This document shows positions 29,855 through 40,111 of a DNA stretch of 64,000 nucleotides, piece after piece. Source of the DNA: Escherichia phage D5505. The first letter of the stretch is position 1; each line of letters starts with the position of its first letter. The stretch is from sequence record MK327929.1; one strand, 5' to 3'. Position numbers and translations under genes: made by a program. The notes under the pieces are model-generated. The model was given only the letters and a program-made list of their open reading frames with translations. It had not been told where the DNA came from and ran no database searches.

Positions 29855-29868
29855 GGGCCGAAGCCCTT
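29855..29868 (-). terminator. intercistronic GC hairpin with UUCG tetraloop between 45 and 44
   Basis: agggc-uucg-gccct palindrome; may be a stabiliser rather than a full terminator. Confidence 0.35.
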
Positions 29869-29870
29869 TA

Positions 29871-30557
29871 TTAAAAATCGTGGGTAGAATCAGCTTCAAG
29901 AGCTACCACATAATTCGCGTGTTCACCTTCAAATTTAGCAGCACCTTGTTTACCTTTTGCCCAGAGCAGAAGTTTATAATTTCCTGGTTGCATTTTCATA
30001 TTTGCCATATTGATAATGAAATTAAATGTATTTTCACCATCATAATCACCAAGAGTCAAAGAATATTTAACACGGGTCAGAGCAGAATCTTCTACTTTAT
30101 TAAAACCGTTAATTACGATTTTACCTTCTTTTACCGTGATAGCAATTGTATCAATTTGCAGACCACGAGATACACGCAACAGTTGTTGAAGGTCTTCAGC
30201 TTTAATTTCAGTAACAACAGATGCTACCGGAAATGGAATTGGTTTATTAGGAGCAACTACTGTACTCGGATCGGCTGCTGGCCAAAAAATTGTTGAACGA
30301 GCATCAGCAATTTTAATATTTCCATCTTCTGACTGGGAAATTTCTGCATCATCATTAACTAGCGACAGAATACCGAGAAAACCGTTCAAATCGTAAATTG
30401 CTACATCAAAATCAATAACGTCAGAAATATTTGCTTCCGCGTAAGTTGTACCATTAACTGCGCGAGTCATAATAAATTGACCGGATTTAAGCATAATGCC
30501 AGAGTTAATAGTAGCGAAATTTTTCAAAATATTCAGTGTATCTTTAGACAGTTTCAT
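29871..30557 (-). CDS. 45: sliding clamp gp45
   Basis: 228-aa ORF, same length as T4 gp45. Confidence 0.9.
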   Translation of the reverse strand: MKLSKDTLNILKNFATINSGIMLKSGQFIMTRAVNGTTYAEANISDVIDFDVAIYDLNGFLGILSLVNDDAEISQSEDGNIKIADARSTIFWPAADPSTVVAPNKPIPFPVASVVTEIKAEDLQQLLRVSRGLQIDTIAITVKEGKIVINGFNKVEDSALTRVKYSLTLGDYDGENTFNFIINMANMKMQPGNYKLLLWAKGKQGAAKFEGEHANYVVALEADSTHDF

Positions 30558-30612
30558 GTAATTTCCTTCAATTCAAATGAGATTTAATTTTATAACTAAT
30601 TTAATAAAGCAA

Positions 30613-31002
30613 TTAACGATTAAAATCAGTTGCGATTGTTTCGGCAACAATTTGAGCAGCAACAATCAGACGTTCATCTGCATTGCCGCAATATTCATCT
30701 TCAAGGCGTTCACCACATGAAGTCATAATAAATTTAGCACCGGCGTTTAGAGATTCTGTAGTATGTTTGCGCATTAGTTCAATCCATTTATTACTTACTT
30801 CACGATCGATAGCTTCATAATACGCATGACGAGCAGGTGCAGATTTAATTTTGCTCTGAATAACTTCCATTGCGTTATCAGAAAGAGACAAAACCCATGC
30901 TCGACGAATTTTATTTTGGTTTTGTGGATTTGATTCAGAACGCACGTGTTTTGGCTGAATATCTTTTACATCAACAGTATAATTCACAGTAATTTTAGTC
31001 AT
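30613..31002 (-). CDS. rpbA: RNA polymerase-binding protein RpbA
   Basis: 129-aa ORF at T4 rpbA position between 46 and 45. Confidence 0.65.
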   Translation of the reverse strand: MTKITVNYTVDVKDIQPKHVRSESNPQNQNKIRRAWVLSLSDNAMEVIQSKIKSAPARHAYYEAIDREVSNKWIELMRKHTTESLNAGAKFIMTSCGERLEDEYCGNADERLIVAAQIVAETIATDFNR

Positions 31003-31011
31003 AATACACCT

Positions 31012-31200
31012 TTAGTCATAATAATCAGTAACAGTCCAAGCTTCATTTCTATTGGACATTATTTTTGTATATTCTGCTTTAAATGCATTCCTAAGCATAG
31101 ATTCAGTAACTATATGCTCTTCATTAGAAAAATTATTTCTCAGAATATATCGTTTTATTTCAGGAAAAGTTAATAAATGCTGTCCAGTTGAATATTCCAT
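31012..31200 (-). CDS. hypothetical small protein
   Basis: 62-aa ORF. Confidence 0.4.
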   Translation of the reverse strand: MEYSTGQHLLTFPEIKRYILRNNFSNEEHIVTESMLRNAFKAEYTKIMSNRNEAWTVTDYYD

Positions 31201-31255
31201 GTTTTTCCTCCATAGAGATTATACTCTAATAAATTAAAGCATAATCTCTTATAAA

Positions 31256-32938
31256 TTAAACCATTACAGTAAATCGACCAACTTTCTTCATTTGAAGATG
31301 CTGACCATATTCTTGCGGGTCATGGTCTTTATGCGAAATTATAAAAACATTAGTGTTTTTCATTGAATTTATAATATTAGCTACACCTTTAATACCTTCG
31401 GCATCAAATGACCCATCAAACACTTCATCAAGAATTAATGTACTAATACTAACACCAGATACGATAGAAGCAATATCACGCCAAGTAAATAAAAGAGCAA
31501 TATCAATTCGTGCCTTTTCACCTTCACTAAATGAAGCATAACTAAAATCTTCACGACCACGGGATTTAATTGTCTCATTAAATTCTTCATCTAATGTAAA
31601 CACATAATCCGCTTCCATTATTTTAAGATAATGGTTAATCTGCTTATTAAATAATGGAATGTACTTTTTAATAATAGCACCTTTAATACCAGAATCTTTG
31701 AGCATATCAGTCAAAATTCCTCGGTGGTATTTTTCCATTACTAAATTAGTTTTTGTCTTAACAATTTTATCAAGTTCTTCTTGAAGCAGTGCTATTTCAT
31801 CAGCATGGTCAATAAACTCGGATGATGCTTTTTCTATAGCTGCTTTAACTTTTTTAGCTTTATCTACTGTCGTGATTAGAGATTGCTTTTTATTGCGAAT
31901 ATCATTTGCCAACGACTGCTGGGTTTTAATATTATCTCGGTATTCATCAACAAGAACTTTTAAATTATCACGGTGCGTTGAAAGCTGTTCAAACGAATGC
32001 GTACATTCAGAAACTTTATCTTTAATTTTAGAAACAACTTTATCACCGGAACTTAATTGTGACAAGCAGGTTGGACATAATCCACCTTCGTGATACATAT
32101 TAATGACTTTATTATACGAGTCAATTTTTGATTTAATTAAAACTGCTTCTTGACCGATTTTATTAAATGCATCAGTCGGGTCTTCATCCAAAACAATATT
32201 AACTAATCTTTCATTAGCTTCTTCTATTTCCGATTTTAACGTTCTAGCTTCTTTTGCCAAATCATCATACATATTTTGAAGACGAGTAAGGTTGTCACCA
32301 GACAATTTTTTCTGACGTTCAACATTATCATTATATATTTTAATTTGTTGGATAATACTATCTTTTTTAACATCAAGCACTTGGTTTTGTGAATTTAATT
32401 CACGTATTAGTGCTTTATTAAGCTTATCCATTTCAGCTAATGTTCCTACCTCAAGCAGGTCTTCCACAAGCTTTCTTCGTGCAGGGGTCGACAAACCCAT
32501 GAAAGGGGTATACCCTGCTGTACCAAGGACAACAATCTGCTTGAAACTGGCATATGACATTCCGATAAGCTGTTCAAATTCTGCTTGGAAATCTTTACTG
32601 CTGGCAGATTCATTAAGACGTGTACCGTTAACGGTGATTTCGAAAACGTTTGGTTTTTGTCCTCTTTTGATATAGTACTTTTTCTCATCATATTCCATCC
32701 ACAGTTCAACTAAAAGTTCTTTCTTATTTGTACTGTTTATTAATTGACCTTTCTTTACATCACGAAATGGCTTGCCAAAAAGCCCAAATGTGATGGCTTC
32801 TAACATAGTAGACTTACCACCGCCATTTCGTCCAGTAATAAGAGTTTTTTGAACCTTATCTAATTGAATGTCAATAGGATTTCCACCTACTGACATTATA
32901 TTTTGATACCTAACTCGGTTTAGTTTAAAATTCTTCAC
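31256..32938 (-). CDS. 46: recombination nuclease subunit gp46 (Rad50/SbcC-like ATPase)
   Basis: 560-aa ORF; Walker A GRNGGGKST, central coiled coil with CPTC zinc hook, C-terminal ABC signature. Confidence 0.9.
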   Translation of the reverse strand: MKNFKLNRVRYQNIMSVGGNPIDIQLDKVQKTLITGRNGGGKSTMLEAITFGLFGKPFRDVKKGQLINSTNKKELLVELWMEYDEKKYYIKRGQKPNVFEITVNGTRLNESASSKDFQAEFEQLIGMSYASFKQIVVLGTAGYTPFMGLSTPARRKLVEDLLEVGTLAEMDKLNKALIRELNSQNQVLDVKKDSIIQQIKIYNDNVERQKKLSGDNLTRLQNMYDDLAKEARTLKSEIEEANERLVNIVLDEDPTDAFNKIGQEAVLIKSKIDSYNKVINMYHEGGLCPTCLSQLSSGDKVVSKIKDKVSECTHSFEQLSTHRDNLKVLVDEYRDNIKTQQSLANDIRNKKQSLITTVDKAKKVKAAIEKASSEFIDHADEIALLQEELDKIVKTKTNLVMEKYHRGILTDMLKDSGIKGAIIKKYIPLFNKQINHYLKIMEADYVFTLDEEFNETIKSRGREDFSYASFSEGEKARIDIALLFTWRDIASIVSGVSISTLILDEVFDGSFDAEGIKGVANIINSMKNTNVFIISHKDHDPQEYGQHLQMKKVGRFTVMV

Positions 32939-33198
32939 AAAAGATTCCTTTTAATGTATCTTTTAGACCATTCTATCATATCATCATAATCTAAAAAGTA
33001 TTCATCAAATTCAGCCATGCAAACAACGCCTTGTGCTGTTTTTGATGTAATATAAATTATTCCAACATATCTAGAATCTTCTTCGGTATAATCAATGTTT
33101 GCTATGAATTCATCATTAATGTCAAATGTCGAAAACTTCACAGTATGCATCCTTAATACAAGATACGGCCATATCTCGCAATGATTTAGGTGTGTCAT
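32935..33198 (-). CDS. hypothetical small protein
   Basis: 87-aa ORF between 47 and 46; overlaps next ORF, one start probably internal. Confidence 0.4.
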   Translation of the reverse strand: MTHLNHCEIWPYLVLRMHTVKFSTFDINDEFIANIDYTEEDSRYVGIIYITSKTAQGVVCMAEFDEYFLDYDDMIEWSKRYIKRNLL

Positions 33199-33385
33199 TA
33201 TCTAAAATGTTGAAGTTAAAAGATACAGCCCAGTCAGTGCAGACCGTGACCTTTTTAATACAATTATCTTCAACCTCTAGCGGTTCAAACCAATATTCAA
33301 TAATTTCTTTATGCCCAATATCATCTTTTACTTCGCATTCAAAATGCTGACTCATCATAACATTTTTAAATTCATCAAAAGTCAT
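33122..33385 (-). CDS. hypothetical small protein
   Basis: 87-aa ORF between 47 and 46. Confidence 0.4.
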   Translation of the reverse strand: MTFDEFKNVMMSQHFECEVKDDIGHKEIIEYWFEPLEVEDNCIKKVTVCTDWAVSFNFNILDNDTPKSLRDMAVSCIKDAYCEVFDI

Positions 33386-34401
33386 TGTGTTGCCTCTACA
33401 TATAACTGATTTGCATATTGAATAAGTGCTTCACGGTCAGAATCAGTGATGTCTGGAATTGCATTAATGTATTCTTCCATCAACGTCTGAAGAGATTGAA
33501 CTTCAACTTCTTCACTGTCATCTGACTCGACAGAGTTATCAATCTTTGACACAACTCGTAATGAATGCACAACTTTTTCTAGTTCAGATTCGAACTTCGT
33601 TAGATTTTTGTCTACTTCAGTTACTATAACACGTACTGATAGATTTGTAAAATCTTTATAGTCAATTTTTCCTTTAAATGGATAATGAATTCTACGATGC
33701 CAGGTAGTGTTGTTTGGAATAAATTCCATTCGTTCTGTTTCTGTATCAAACATCCAGAACCCACGAGGGTCATTCTCGTCACCTGCAGTTAGTGTCCATG
33801 GTGTCCCAATATATCTGACGTTAGCAGCCTCAGAGATAGTATGGAAGTGACCAGACCACACCTCTTTATAAGTCTTAAGGAAATCAGGTTCAAGACCGTG
33901 AGATTTCATTCCTTTATAAAAATAAAATCCATTCAGTTCCCAGTGACCGACGCAAAAAGAAGCAGATGAAGTTTTGATGTGCTCAAGAATTTCACCAGTA
34001 TTTTCTTCACACATCCAAGGAATTAAATCAATTAAACATCCGTCAAAATCTACTGTAGTAGGCTTATCATATACTTTAACATTAGGATATTTAGCCAAAA
34101 GCTCAGTAGAGGCATTTGGAGTTAAAGTATTTTTAAAGTGCATATCATGGTTTCCTACAACAGTATGTAGGGTAATACCAGCATCATCAAGCATTTGAAC
34201 TATTTCACGAGCGAACTCCATAGTTTTATGCGTGATTGCTTTTCGCACATCAAAAATATCGCCGTATTGAATCCATGTAGTAATTCCATTTTTCTTAGAA
34301 TATTCTATTGCTTGTTTAATTCCATCCAACTGAATGGATTGAACCCACTCATCATCGGCTTTAACGCCTAAATGCCAATCACCTAAATTTAAAATTTTCA
34401 T
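33382..34401 (-). CDS. 47: recombination nuclease subunit gp47 (Mre11/SbcD-like phosphoesterase)
   Basis: 339-aa ORF; calcineurin-like motifs GDWH, GDIFD, GNHD. Confidence 0.9.
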   Translation of the reverse strand: MKILNLGDWHLGVKADDEWVQSIQLDGIKQAIEYSKKNGITTWIQYGDIFDVRKAITHKTMEFAREIVQMLDDAGITLHTVVGNHDMHFKNTLTPNASTELLAKYPNVKVYDKPTTVDFDGCLIDLIPWMCEENTGEILEHIKTSSASFCVGHWELNGFYFYKGMKSHGLEPDFLKTYKEVWSGHFHTISEAANVRYIGTPWTLTAGDENDPRGFWMFDTETERMEFIPNNTTWHRRIHYPFKGKIDYKDFTNLSVRVIVTEVDKNLTKFESELEKVVHSLRVVSKIDNSVESDDSEEVEVQSLQTLMEEYINAIPDITDSDREALIQYANQLYVEATQ

Positions 34402-34561
34402 ATATCAAGAACCGTCATTGAAATGCAAAATAAAATTATTGAAATAAACCCATCTGGTGTGCTAAAGAAACCAATCCAGCATGCTCTAGTGAATAGATAA
34501 AATGCAAGAAAAAGTATCACATATCCAAGAAATATCATTATATCAAACTCCGTATAAAGCT

Positions 34562-34579
34562 AAAGGGCCGAAGCCCTTT
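34562..34579 (-). terminator. GC hairpin with UUCG tetraloop at the a-gt stop
   Basis: aaagggc-uucg-gcccttt palindrome overlapping the a-gt stop codon. Confidence 0.4.
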
Positions 34580-35780
34580 ATTTTGTAATAATGTCAAACT
34601 GTTCTTTAAAGCAGAAGCTTGAATCTTGATGCTGATACAAAAATTCATATGCTTTTTCTCGCTCACGGTCATAAAGAGCTCGGTCAGATGACAGTTCTTT
34701 AATACGTTCAAACGTTGATTCCATATCATTTTCATCAAACCAAATGATACCGCTATCATGCGAGGTCAAAGGAGTATTATCAACACGGAATTTTAAATTT
34801 TCGCCAGTAGATTTCCAAAATACCGGAATTGTTCCACATGCACCAAGCTCGAGATGAGTATATTCTAAAGAACGTTGTAGATATTTTTTGTCCAACTTAC
34901 TCAGCTGATAACCAAATCCGGATTTACTCATGCGTTCAAGCATTTCGCTATTTACATAACGGTCAAGAATTTGCGTTGGCAAATTAGGAGCAATTTTAAT
35001 TTGGTCTACTTGATGAAGACGATAATACTCGTATGGAATTCCTTTTTCTTTAATAGGAATGAACGCTGGAGAACGCTCCAGACCTTCCATAATAGTACTT
35101 AGTCCTGCAGGTTTAAGATGTTTTTCATGAAAATCAAACATCTGATAAAAACCTTTCCATGTAGTCGTACGACCAATCCAACGGTTGATATTCATGTTAA
35201 TTTCAGAAACATCTTTCCAGTAGGTTGATCTAACCTTCGCAATATCCATAGGAGGCTGAAAGTTATATACTGTCGGCGCTTCTTCAATATCATCAAACAA
35301 AGAAACTGTTTCAGGATACCATTCTTTCATCAGAACTTTATTAAAATCGCCATTATCAGAATGACTAAAAATAACATCAGCTCGACGAACAGTTTCTTCT
35401 AATCCCAAATTTCGACGCAAAGAAAGAGAAGAATGGTCATGTTGATAAACTACAACACGAACAGAAGGTTTAATGTTATCAATAATTTTTTTATAGTTAT
35501 TAATAGTGTCTTCTTCAACCGAAGTAGCAGGAACTGAATTAATAATTAGAATATCACAATCATTTACCAGCTTAAGTGTTTTATCATATTCTTTTGCCAA
35601 TAAAACCGGAATTGAAAATGATTTATAATCATGCGCGCAATTACGAGTAAATGATTTATCTTTAGCATAAACCAAAGTTACTTCATGACCATTTTTAATA
35701 AACCAATCACGCTGCTCAAGAGAAAATTTAGTTACACCGCAACCTTCAAGACCCCGAGCCAGAAAAATGCATACTTTCAT
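34578..35780 (-). CDS. agt: DNA alpha-glucosyltransferase
   Basis: 400-aa ORF, same length and position as T4 a-gt. Confidence 0.8.
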   Translation of the reverse strand: MKVCIFLARGLEGCGVTKFSLEQRDWFIKNGHEVTLVYAKDKSFTRNCAHDYKSFSIPVLLAKEYDKTLKLVNDCDILIINSVPATSVEEDTINNYKKIIDNIKPSVRVVVYQHDHSSLSLRRNLGLEETVRRADVIFSHSDNGDFNKVLMKEWYPETVSLFDDIEEAPTVYNFQPPMDIAKVRSTYWKDVSEINMNINRWIGRTTTWKGFYQMFDFHEKHLKPAGLSTIMEGLERSPAFIPIKEKGIPYEYYRLHQVDQIKIAPNLPTQILDRYVNSEMLERMSKSGFGYQLSKLDKKYLQRSLEYTHLELGACGTIPVFWKSTGENLKFRVDNTPLTSHDSGIIWFDENDMESTFERIKELSSDRALYDREREKAYEFLYQHQDSSFCFKEQFDIITK

Positions 35781-35833
35781 TTAATATCCTCATTGTTTTG
35801 GTTTATTTTACCAAAAATTTATAAAGCAATATA

Positions 35834-35849
35834 GGAGCCGAAGCTCCTA
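35834..35849 (-). terminator. GC hairpin with UUCG tetraloop (aggagc-uucg-gctcct)
   Basis: palindrome upstream of a-gt. Confidence 0.35.
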
Positions 35850-36023
35850 TCCGCATAATACGCCATACAAAGGCTCATTAGAACTTCTAAATTTTATGCG
35901 CTTATATGTTATAGTTCCTTCTGCTTTAGCTTTATCATGAGACTCTTTAAAGCGTCTCATCATTTCCTCTTTAGAGGAACGAATTTTATTATAATCTATT
36001 TCAGAAGTCTGGGTGTTCATCTT

Positions 36024-36230
36024 TCACAGTTGCCACCATTTTTTGACTTGATAAGAATCAACCCACACTTTCATATTAGGGTCTGCTCTTACAATAGGAG
36101 GATTAACTTCTTTAATTGAACTATCATGGTATTCTTTTTCAGAAATTTTCACACAAAGATGACCATTCAAAGATTCAGTAAATCCTGCATTAATTTTAAG
36201 ACGCTTGAATTTTACGTGTGTAAGCATCAA
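36024..36230 (-). CDS. hypothetical small protein
   Basis: 68-aa ORF. Confidence 0.4.
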   Translation of the reverse strand: MMLTHVKFKRLKINAGFTESLNGHLCVKISEKEYHDSSIKEVNPPIVRADPNMKVWVDSYQVKKWWQL

Positions 36231-36513
36231 TCATATCCTCAATCTGCGATCTAGTAGTCTTCCAAAGAATACTAATGAGTTCATCGTTATATGGCTGTTT
36301 TAGAATATCCCGACTTTTCTTGATAGCATATTCGTATTGAGCAAAATTATTATTTTCAGCCGCAATCTGAGCATGCTTATAAAGACGATTCAGTTCGCGT
36401 TTGTTTTTAGACAATAACTTATTTGCTTTTCTTTCTGCTTCAAGACGGTTCTTTTCTTCAATAGAAGAAATAAGCTTTTCCACTTCATCATTAATTTCGG
36501 GTTTATCAGTCAT
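36196..36513 (-). CDS. hypothetical protein
   Basis: 105-aa ORF. Confidence 0.45.
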   Translation of the reverse strand: MTDKPEINDEVEKLISSIEEKNRLEAERKANKLLSKNKRELNRLYKHAQIAAENNNFAQYEYAIKKSRDILKQPYNDELISILWKTTRSQIEDMIDAYTRKIQAS

Positions 36514-36514
36514 A

Positions 36515-36733
36515 TTATTTCTCTAATATAAAATAAAAATCATCATCTGTTAAATGATACCGATAGTTTAATTCTACACCATTAGATTTAAAAGCGGTAT
36601 CATACGGATTTTCTGGATCAATATCAATGTCAAGAGCTAAAACTTCCCTGAGATACATTTTAAGTAAATAGGGAATAGCTTCAACTTCAGGTATTTCTTC
36701 CAAGAATCCGGAGAGGTTAATCGTTAGCCTCAT
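36515..36733 (-). CDS. hypothetical small protein
   Basis: 72-aa ORF. Confidence 0.4.
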
Positions 36734-37274
36734 ATAAAAAATCCAAACTAGGAGAATCGTCTACAACACTTTTCTTTTCAGCCCCCGGTGTTCTATAGGT
36801 TGATTCTTCGTAATGCGTCATTTTATCGTAGATGTCTTGAATAAAAGTTTCATCTACTAACGCAACCATATCGTCGTCACGACTGTCATAGACATTGTGA
36901 ACGAAGTAACTGTATTTCTTTGCAACTTCCTTACGTTCTTTTTTAATACGTTGGACGAATGCATTAAAACAAGCTTGAGTTATATATGCATGCGGGTTTT
37001 TATATTTCGTTTCATCAAAATTGTGAAGCCCCTTAATAGAAGCTTCTATACCATCTGCAATCATTTCTTGTTTCCAAGACTGGGTGTATCCTGAAAAGTT
37101 GAAACGTTTAGATAAGCCTTCTGCAATAAGCATAATGGCTAATCCGATAGTATCATTCTGACGAACTACTTTATTTGGGTCTTTATTATTTGCTAATTCT
37201 GTTTTCCAATCAATAATAGCTTGTAAAAGCTCTTTATTGTTTACGTAATTATATTTAGGCTTAGTTTCTGACAT
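36717..37274 (-). CDS. 55: late sigma factor gp55 (start at MSETKPKY, 185 aa)
   Basis: sequence recognisable as T4 gp55; ORF track adds two residues upstream. Confidence 0.85.
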
Positions 37275-37352
37275 TTTCACCTCTTAGCTCAATTCATAGA
37301 TCTATTATATCATAATATTTGAAGATCTATCTTAAAGCATAGAGGATATCAG

Positions 37353-37622
37353 TTATCTAAGTAAACAGTATGCTTGGAACACTTTTTCCATCATCTTTTT
37401 AAATTCATGAATATCTATGTAATGACTAGTTAAATCAGCATGATATAAAAAGTCTAAAAACTTTTCATGTGTGCTAACATATTCACTTTCATTTAATTCA
37501 GAAACATGACTTTCCCAATATCCAACACCAGTCTTATTTGGGAAAAATGAAATTTTCATGTATTGGTCAACATAGAAAATGCCATAATTTTCAATAGTAA
37601 TAGAAATATTAATAAATTTCAT
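37353..37622 (-). CDS. hypothetical protein
   Basis: 89-aa ORF in the 55-nrdH interval. Confidence 0.4.
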   Translation of the reverse strand: MKFINISITIENYGIFYVDQYMKISFFPNKTGVGYWESHVSELNESEYVSTHEKFLDFLYHADLTSHYIDIHEFKKMMEKVFQAYCLLR

Positions 37623-37834
37623 ACATTCATCAACTTAGCCGCTTCAAGAGCTGCATCTAGTGAATCAAATTGGTCAACATATTCAATCAATTCGCCGTAA
37701 TTGGCATATAACCACCATTGGCTAAATTCATACTCAAGGATGAATCCGTTTCCTTCAATTTGAGTTAAACCAATGCCATTTGTATTTACTTCATATCCAG
37801 CAAGACGCAAATCGTTAATAAGAGCTTCGTTCAT
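37619..37834 (-). CDS. hypothetical small protein
   Basis: 71-aa ORF. Confidence 0.4.
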   Translation of the reverse strand: MNEALINDLRLAGYEVNTNGIGLTQIEGNGFILEYEFSQWWLYANYGELIEYVDQFDSLDAALEAAKLMNV

Positions 37835-37836
37835 AA

Positions 37837-38163
37837 TTATACCTTAGTAATTTTCAGGTCTGCAAATTTTTTCTTGCGTTGATTTTTCATGCGACGAATA
37901 GTTTTATCGGAAATTTCATGCTTTTGATAAGCTTTAGATTCTACACCAAAAGCTTTAACATCAAATTCTGACAAGATATATTGAACCAACAATTCACGGA
38001 CAGTATTGCGTCCAATCTTCTGATCATTCTGTTTCATCATCTGATGAAGCTCTTTTTCCCATTTATCCAAAATTTGAGGAGTTACAATATCGCCTTTTTC
38101 TAGCAAAGAAACTACTTTATCATATGCGTAAGAATTGATGGCGTTTTTAATTTGAATAGTCAT
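37837..38163 (-). CDS. hypothetical protein
   Basis: 108-aa ORF. Confidence 0.45.
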   Translation of the reverse strand: MTIQIKNAINSYAYDKVVSLLEKGDIVTPQILDKWEKELHQMMKQNDQKIGRNTVRELLVQYILSEFDVKAFGVESKAYQKHEISDKTIRRMKNQRKKKFADLKITKV

Positions 38164-38202
38164 ACATTATCCTCAATTACGTTAAAATTTTATTATCCAA
38201 AA

Positions 38203-38216
38203 AGGGCCGAAGCCCT
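38203..38216 (-). terminator. GC hairpin with UUCG tetraloop
   Basis: agggc-uucg-gccct palindrome at the stop of 38216..38416. Confidence 0.35.
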
Positions 38217-38416
38217 TAGCTAAACTTTTTGGCACCCTTCCAGCCTTCGTACATCATTGCGACTGACAATGACAAAGCTCCTTCACATGCTGCATACTTA
38301 TTATTCCAGAACCAATTTAGAAAAACTTCATCCTCAATACCATTATGTTTCATGTTCTGGAAAAATTTGGCACGTTCTTCAGCAATTCGTTGCGATAATT
38401 TAGATTCAGGATTCAT
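38216..38416 (-). CDS. hypothetical small protein
   Basis: 66-aa ORF. Confidence 0.4.
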   Translation of the reverse strand: MNPESKLSQRIAEERAKFFQNMKHNGIEDEVFLNWFWNNKYAACEGALSLSVAMMYEGWKGAKKFS

Positions 38417-38632
38417 TTAAATTTTCCAGTTACCATTTTCATCAATAAATTTAATCCAGTCATTTACTGACCACTTAGTTGTATCGCCTTTTGGAGTAAC
38501 ATTTAAAGTATATAACCCCTGCTTAAAAAGCATTCGTTTGATATTCATATTTTCCTCAGCTATAACGATAACACTCGTTTGATTTACGTTTAGCAACTCG
38601 TTGAGAAGTATTATAATCAAAATCATCGTCAA
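38417..38632 (-). CDS. hypothetical small protein
   Basis: 71-aa ORF. Confidence 0.4.
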   Translation of the reverse strand: MTMILIIILLNELLNVNQTSVIVIAEENMNIKRMLFKQGLYTLNVTPKGDTTKWSVNDWIKFIDENGNWKI

Positions 38633-38888
38633 TGTAAACTGATTTTTTCAACTTTCTTACTTCACCGCGTAATTGACGATTTAACTCATCTTTAACTTCT
38701 GAATCAATACCTTTCATTCTACGCCATTTATCTGAGCGAAAAATGTTTTCAACCATATCTTTATGACTTACACCATCAGGAGCTTTACGCTTTCCGAAAT
38801 AGTCATAATCACGAACTTTCAAGTCTTTACGACGATACGTTTTACCCATGGAGTTTAATTTCCTTAGCAACTGAACTAAATGCAGCAC
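38556..38888 (-). CDS. hypothetical basic protein
   Basis: 110-aa ORF; overlaps 38417..38632, so one start is probably internal. Confidence 0.4.
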   Translation of the reverse strand: MLHLVQLLRKLNSMGKTYRRKDLKVRDYDYFGKRKAPDGVSHKDMVENIFRSDKWRRMKGIDSEVKDELNRQLRGEVRKLKKSVYIDDDFDYNTSQRVAKRKSNECYRYS

Positions 38889-39024
38889 GATCGCAAATCA
38901 TGTGTTTATGTAACTTAAGTATAAGATAATAAACATCATAACCATTTACGTAAGTAACACGAACAGCATTACCATTAATGAGATAATACTGTCCCTTTTT
39001 AATTTCTTTATCAACCATAACCAT
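38842..39024 (-). CDS. hypothetical small protein
   Basis: 60-aa ORF downstream of promoter 39055-39084, GAGGA SD. Confidence 0.45.
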   Translation of the reverse strand: MVMVDKEIKKGQYYLINGNAVRVTYVNGYDVYYLILKLHKHMICDRAAFSSVAKEIKLHG

Positions 39025-39054
39025 ATCAATTCCTCAAAGGCAATTCATATGTTA

Positions 39055-39084
39055 ATAATACCACAGTTTGAGCTCGTTGTAAAC
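39055..39084 (-). promoter_or_regulatory. T4-early-type promoter (GTTTAC..18..TATTAT)
   Basis: minus-strand motif with A/T-rich upstream tract. Confidence 0.5.
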
Positions 39085-39172
39085 AACTTTGTGAAAATTA
39101 TTTTAGGGAATGATAATAAGGGAACGATAGCTTAATACAGAATGTGAGAAAGAAGGACCCAGAGGGCCCGTC

Positions 39173-39496
39173 TTAGTCTTCTATGATATCTCTATCATAT
39201 CCAAGTGAAATGAGAGTTTCTTTGAAGTGTTTAATGTTCTTTTGTCTAGAATCATTAATGAAAATGACTGGATAACGAATGTTAAGAGATGTGAATCCAG
39301 CGCGTTTAGCAAGAGATACAATCAGCGGACGATCATACTCAATCTTACCGTTATTTGTAAGAACTTTATAGAAAGTAAAAGGAGCATTGAGCTCCTTTAG
39401 AAGTTTTGTAACTGATTGACATCCAGGACAACGACCTACTTCTTCGGGGATGCCATAGATTTCAATCTTATTCTTTAAGTTCGAGTTTTGTTCCAC
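39173..39496 (-). CDS. nrdH: NrdH-like glutaredoxin (candidate GTG start, about 107 aa)
   Basis: CPGC redox motif after KIEIYG; no ATG near the conserved N-terminus, but a GTG with AAGGA SD 10 nt upstream is in frame; the ORF-track start 39625 overlaps the upstream gene; local coordinates uncertain. Confidence 0.5.
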   Translation of the reverse strand: MEQNSNLKNKIEIYGIPEEVGRCPGCQSVTKLLKELNAPFTFYKVLTNNGKIEYDRPLIVSLAKRAGFTSLNIRYPVIFINDSRQKNIKHFKETLISLGYDRDIIED

Positions 39497-39779
39497 GAGA
39501 AATAATTCCTTGATAAGCCCAGTATGGCGGGTTAACAGAATCCTCACCAGAGTTTTCTTCAGGAAAATAAACCTGGATAACAAATCCAGATGCATCAAAG
39601 GTAAAATAAACCGTAGGCAGTTCACCTAACAATTCGGCACGAGCATTAATTTCTTCGAGATCTCGTTCACGTCCAGCCCAAAAACTAGGATTTAGACTAC
39701 ATTCGTAAAAATAATAGTCATTACCGAACATGTCAAAACCCTTCCAACTCTCTACCACATACCGCTCAAAACTAATCAT
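39468..39779 (-). CDS. hypothetical protein
   Basis: 103-aa ORF with ATG start. Confidence 0.45.
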   Translation of the reverse strand: MISFERYVVESWKGFDMFGNDYYFYECSLNPSFWAGRERDLEEINARAELLGELPTVYFTFDASGFVIQVYFPEENSGEDSVNPPYWAYQGIISRGTKLELKE

Positions 39780-39781
39780 AA

Positions 39782-40021
39782 TTAAGCCTTTTTATCAAGA
39801 ACAGAATTCAGCTTGTTAGTAATTTTATCCAGACGCTCGTTAAACTCACTAGAAGATAGTCCTTTTTCTGGAGAAATCAAACTAATCACGAAAAATATAG
39901 CAATAAAAGGAATAAGGAAAATAGCTCCAACTGCCATAAACAAAAAGAATGTTACGGTTGTAAGAAAATCAGCTAAACCTTTACGAAATTTATACATATT
40001 TACCCTTAATTGATTAACCAA
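39782..40021 (-). CDS. small membrane protein
   Basis: 79-aa ORF with central hydrophobic stretch. Confidence 0.45.
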   Translation of the reverse strand: MVNQLRVNMYKFRKGLADFLTTVTFFLFMAVGAIFLIPFIAIFFVISLISPEKGLSSSEFNERLDKITNKLNSVLDKKA

Positions 40022-40111
40022 GCATTGATAAGCACTAAACTATACTGTGAATAAAATTCTGGACCAAAATGAAAAATCATATCATTTATAGTATCCATAA
40101 TATAATTCAAT

